Shown: positions 62,896 through 64,000 of the stretch, one piece after another
Position numbering within the stretch: the stretch's first letter is position 1
Layout of the letters: every line of letters begins with the position of its first letter
IMG/VR virus record: IMGVR_UViG_3300033067_001661
Coordinates: 1 to 64,000 of that record
Length of the DNA: 64,000 nt
Strand: one strand, 5' to 3'
Source of the DNA: a virus
Taxonomy: Duplodnaviria > Heunggongvirae > Uroviricota > Caudoviricetes
Notes under the pieces: model-generated
Database searches by the model: none
The model's input: the letters and a program-made list of their open reading frames with translations, nothing else
What the model was told of the DNA's origin: nothing
Program-made: the position numbers and the translations under genes

Positions 62896-64000
62896 TTTTC
62901 TTCTCCTTTTTGAGATACTTCGATACAGTCTTCTTGAACTCATGAGTCTTTGGAGTATTATCGACCGTTTCTTCAATAGCAAGCTTAGTCGCTATCTTTT
63001 TGACTTCTGCGGTATTAGCTACTGTTTCAACAACGACAACGACGATTATATTACCTCGACCGCCTTTTCTATAAAGGCCTTTCCCATGAATAACAAACTT
63101 ATCATTAGTGGATACTCCCGAAGGAATCATTATTTTTTCAGAGCCTCCCTCAGGTATAGGTATTTCTACTGTAGTACCAAGAATAGCTTCTGACATTGTA
63201 ATATATACTTCAATAACAAGATCATGGCTTGAAGTCATATCAAAAAGTTCATGCTCTTCTGGATGAACTCGAATATAACAATCACCTTTTTTATCTTTAG
63301 AAGACGCATGATAACCCTGTCCGGCAATTCTAAGAACAGCACCATAAACAAACTTAGGTGGAATGTCTACATCTACCCTAATATGCTTTTCAATCAAACC
63401 ACCAACACAGTCTTTGCATAAATCACTATCATTAATAGAAACGCCAGAACCCTGGCATTCATCGCATGAAGAAACCATTTGCATAACCTGGTTCTGCCCC
63501 ATAACATGATTCATAACTATGCGACCCGAGCCTCGACATTTCTTGCATTTATCTTTCTTAGCGCCTGCCTTAACTCCCTCGCCATTACAAGAATTACAAA
63601 TCTCTGTTGTAGAGAAACTAACGCTCTTCTTAACTCCATGAATAGAATCTTCAAATGAACATGAAATATCGCAAAACGTATCTCTCCCGTACAGAGAGCT
63701 ATGCTGGCTTTGATTTCTAAAGAAATCCCTGAATACATCATGAACGGACCCCTGAAAATCAGGAGCATCGCTATTGAAGTTTATATCAGGTCCACCTCTG
63801 TGCTTAAAGTGATCGTACTTCTGCTTCTTCTTAGGGTCAGAAAGAACATCATAGGCCTCATTGACCTCTTTGAACTTTTCTTCTGAGGCCAAATCGCCTT
63901 GATTACGGTCAGGATGGTACTTCATCGCCAATGAGCGATAAGCCTTCTTGATCTCTTCTTCCGTTGCGCCTTCAGAGACCCCTAAAATGCCGTAATAGTC
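62882..64000 (-). CDS. dnaJ: DnaJ chaperone (5' end just beyond the window)
   Basis: DYYGILGV...YHPD J-domain, CxxCxGxG repeats, C-terminal domain. Confidence 0.95.
   Translation of the reverse strand, partial: DYYGILGVSEGATEEEIKKAYRSLAMKYHPDRNQGDLASEEKFKEVNEAYDVLSDPKKKQKYDHFKHRGGPDINFNSDAPDFQGSVHDVFRDFFRNQSQHSSLYGRDTFCDISCSFEDSIHGVKKSVSFSTTEICNSCNGEGVKAGAKKDKCKKCRGSGRIVMNHVMGQNQVMQMVSSCDECQGSGVSINDSDLCKDCVGGLIEKHIRVDVDIPPKFVYGAVLRIAGQGYHASSKDKKGDCYIRVHPEEHELFDMTSSHDLVIEVYITMSEAILGTTVEIPIPEGGSEKIMIPSGVSTNDKFVIHGKGLYRKGGRGNIIVVVVVETVANTAEVKKIATKLAIEETVDNTPKTHEFKKTVSKYLKKEKKNAKV

Noticed and set aside
1-64000. Stop-codon recoding
   Set aside because: Long genes are intact under code 11, TAG and TGA end recognisable genes, and no canonical suppressor tRNA was seen.

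Overview
This window looks like part of a very large (jumbo/huge) bacteriophage genome using the standard genetic code. A Phycisphaerae-type dockerin protein hints at a Planctomycetota host. Bases 1-22.3 kb hold a minus-strand tRNA array: about 42 canonical tRNAs read by hand, plus one more at 29.4 kb, none with an encoded CCA. The array is interleaved with small accessory genes, six free-standing endonuclease genes and many structured non-coding RNAs. Three things stand out. (1) At least four endonuclease genes sit with an intact same-isotype tRNA inside the broken halves of an older tRNA gene (Gln, Ala, Ser-GCT, Arg-ACG), suggesting 'nuclease + replacement tRNA' homing cassettes. (2) Eight copies of a Y-RNA-like module occur (GNCGA(A)NG / CATA helix plus GGTTAAC), two of them grafted in place of a tRNA anticodon arm. 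Alongside are a circularly permuted tRNA-like RNA, other tRNA shells with inserted domains and a GlyRS-like enzyme lacking an anticodon-binding domain. (3) A leader-peptide/antiterminator/terminator arrangement sits at the head of the array. The rest of the window encodes MoxR-type AAA ATPases with a VWA/metallopeptidase partner, two Dam-like methylases, nucleotide and glycan enzymes, large probable virion proteins (one with a Hint domain), a CCA-adding enzyme, a RuvC-like resolvase and DnaJ. Several unrelated proteins share an N-terminal M(x)WYKxA motif. All calls are by eye; RNA coordinates may be off by 1-3 nt.
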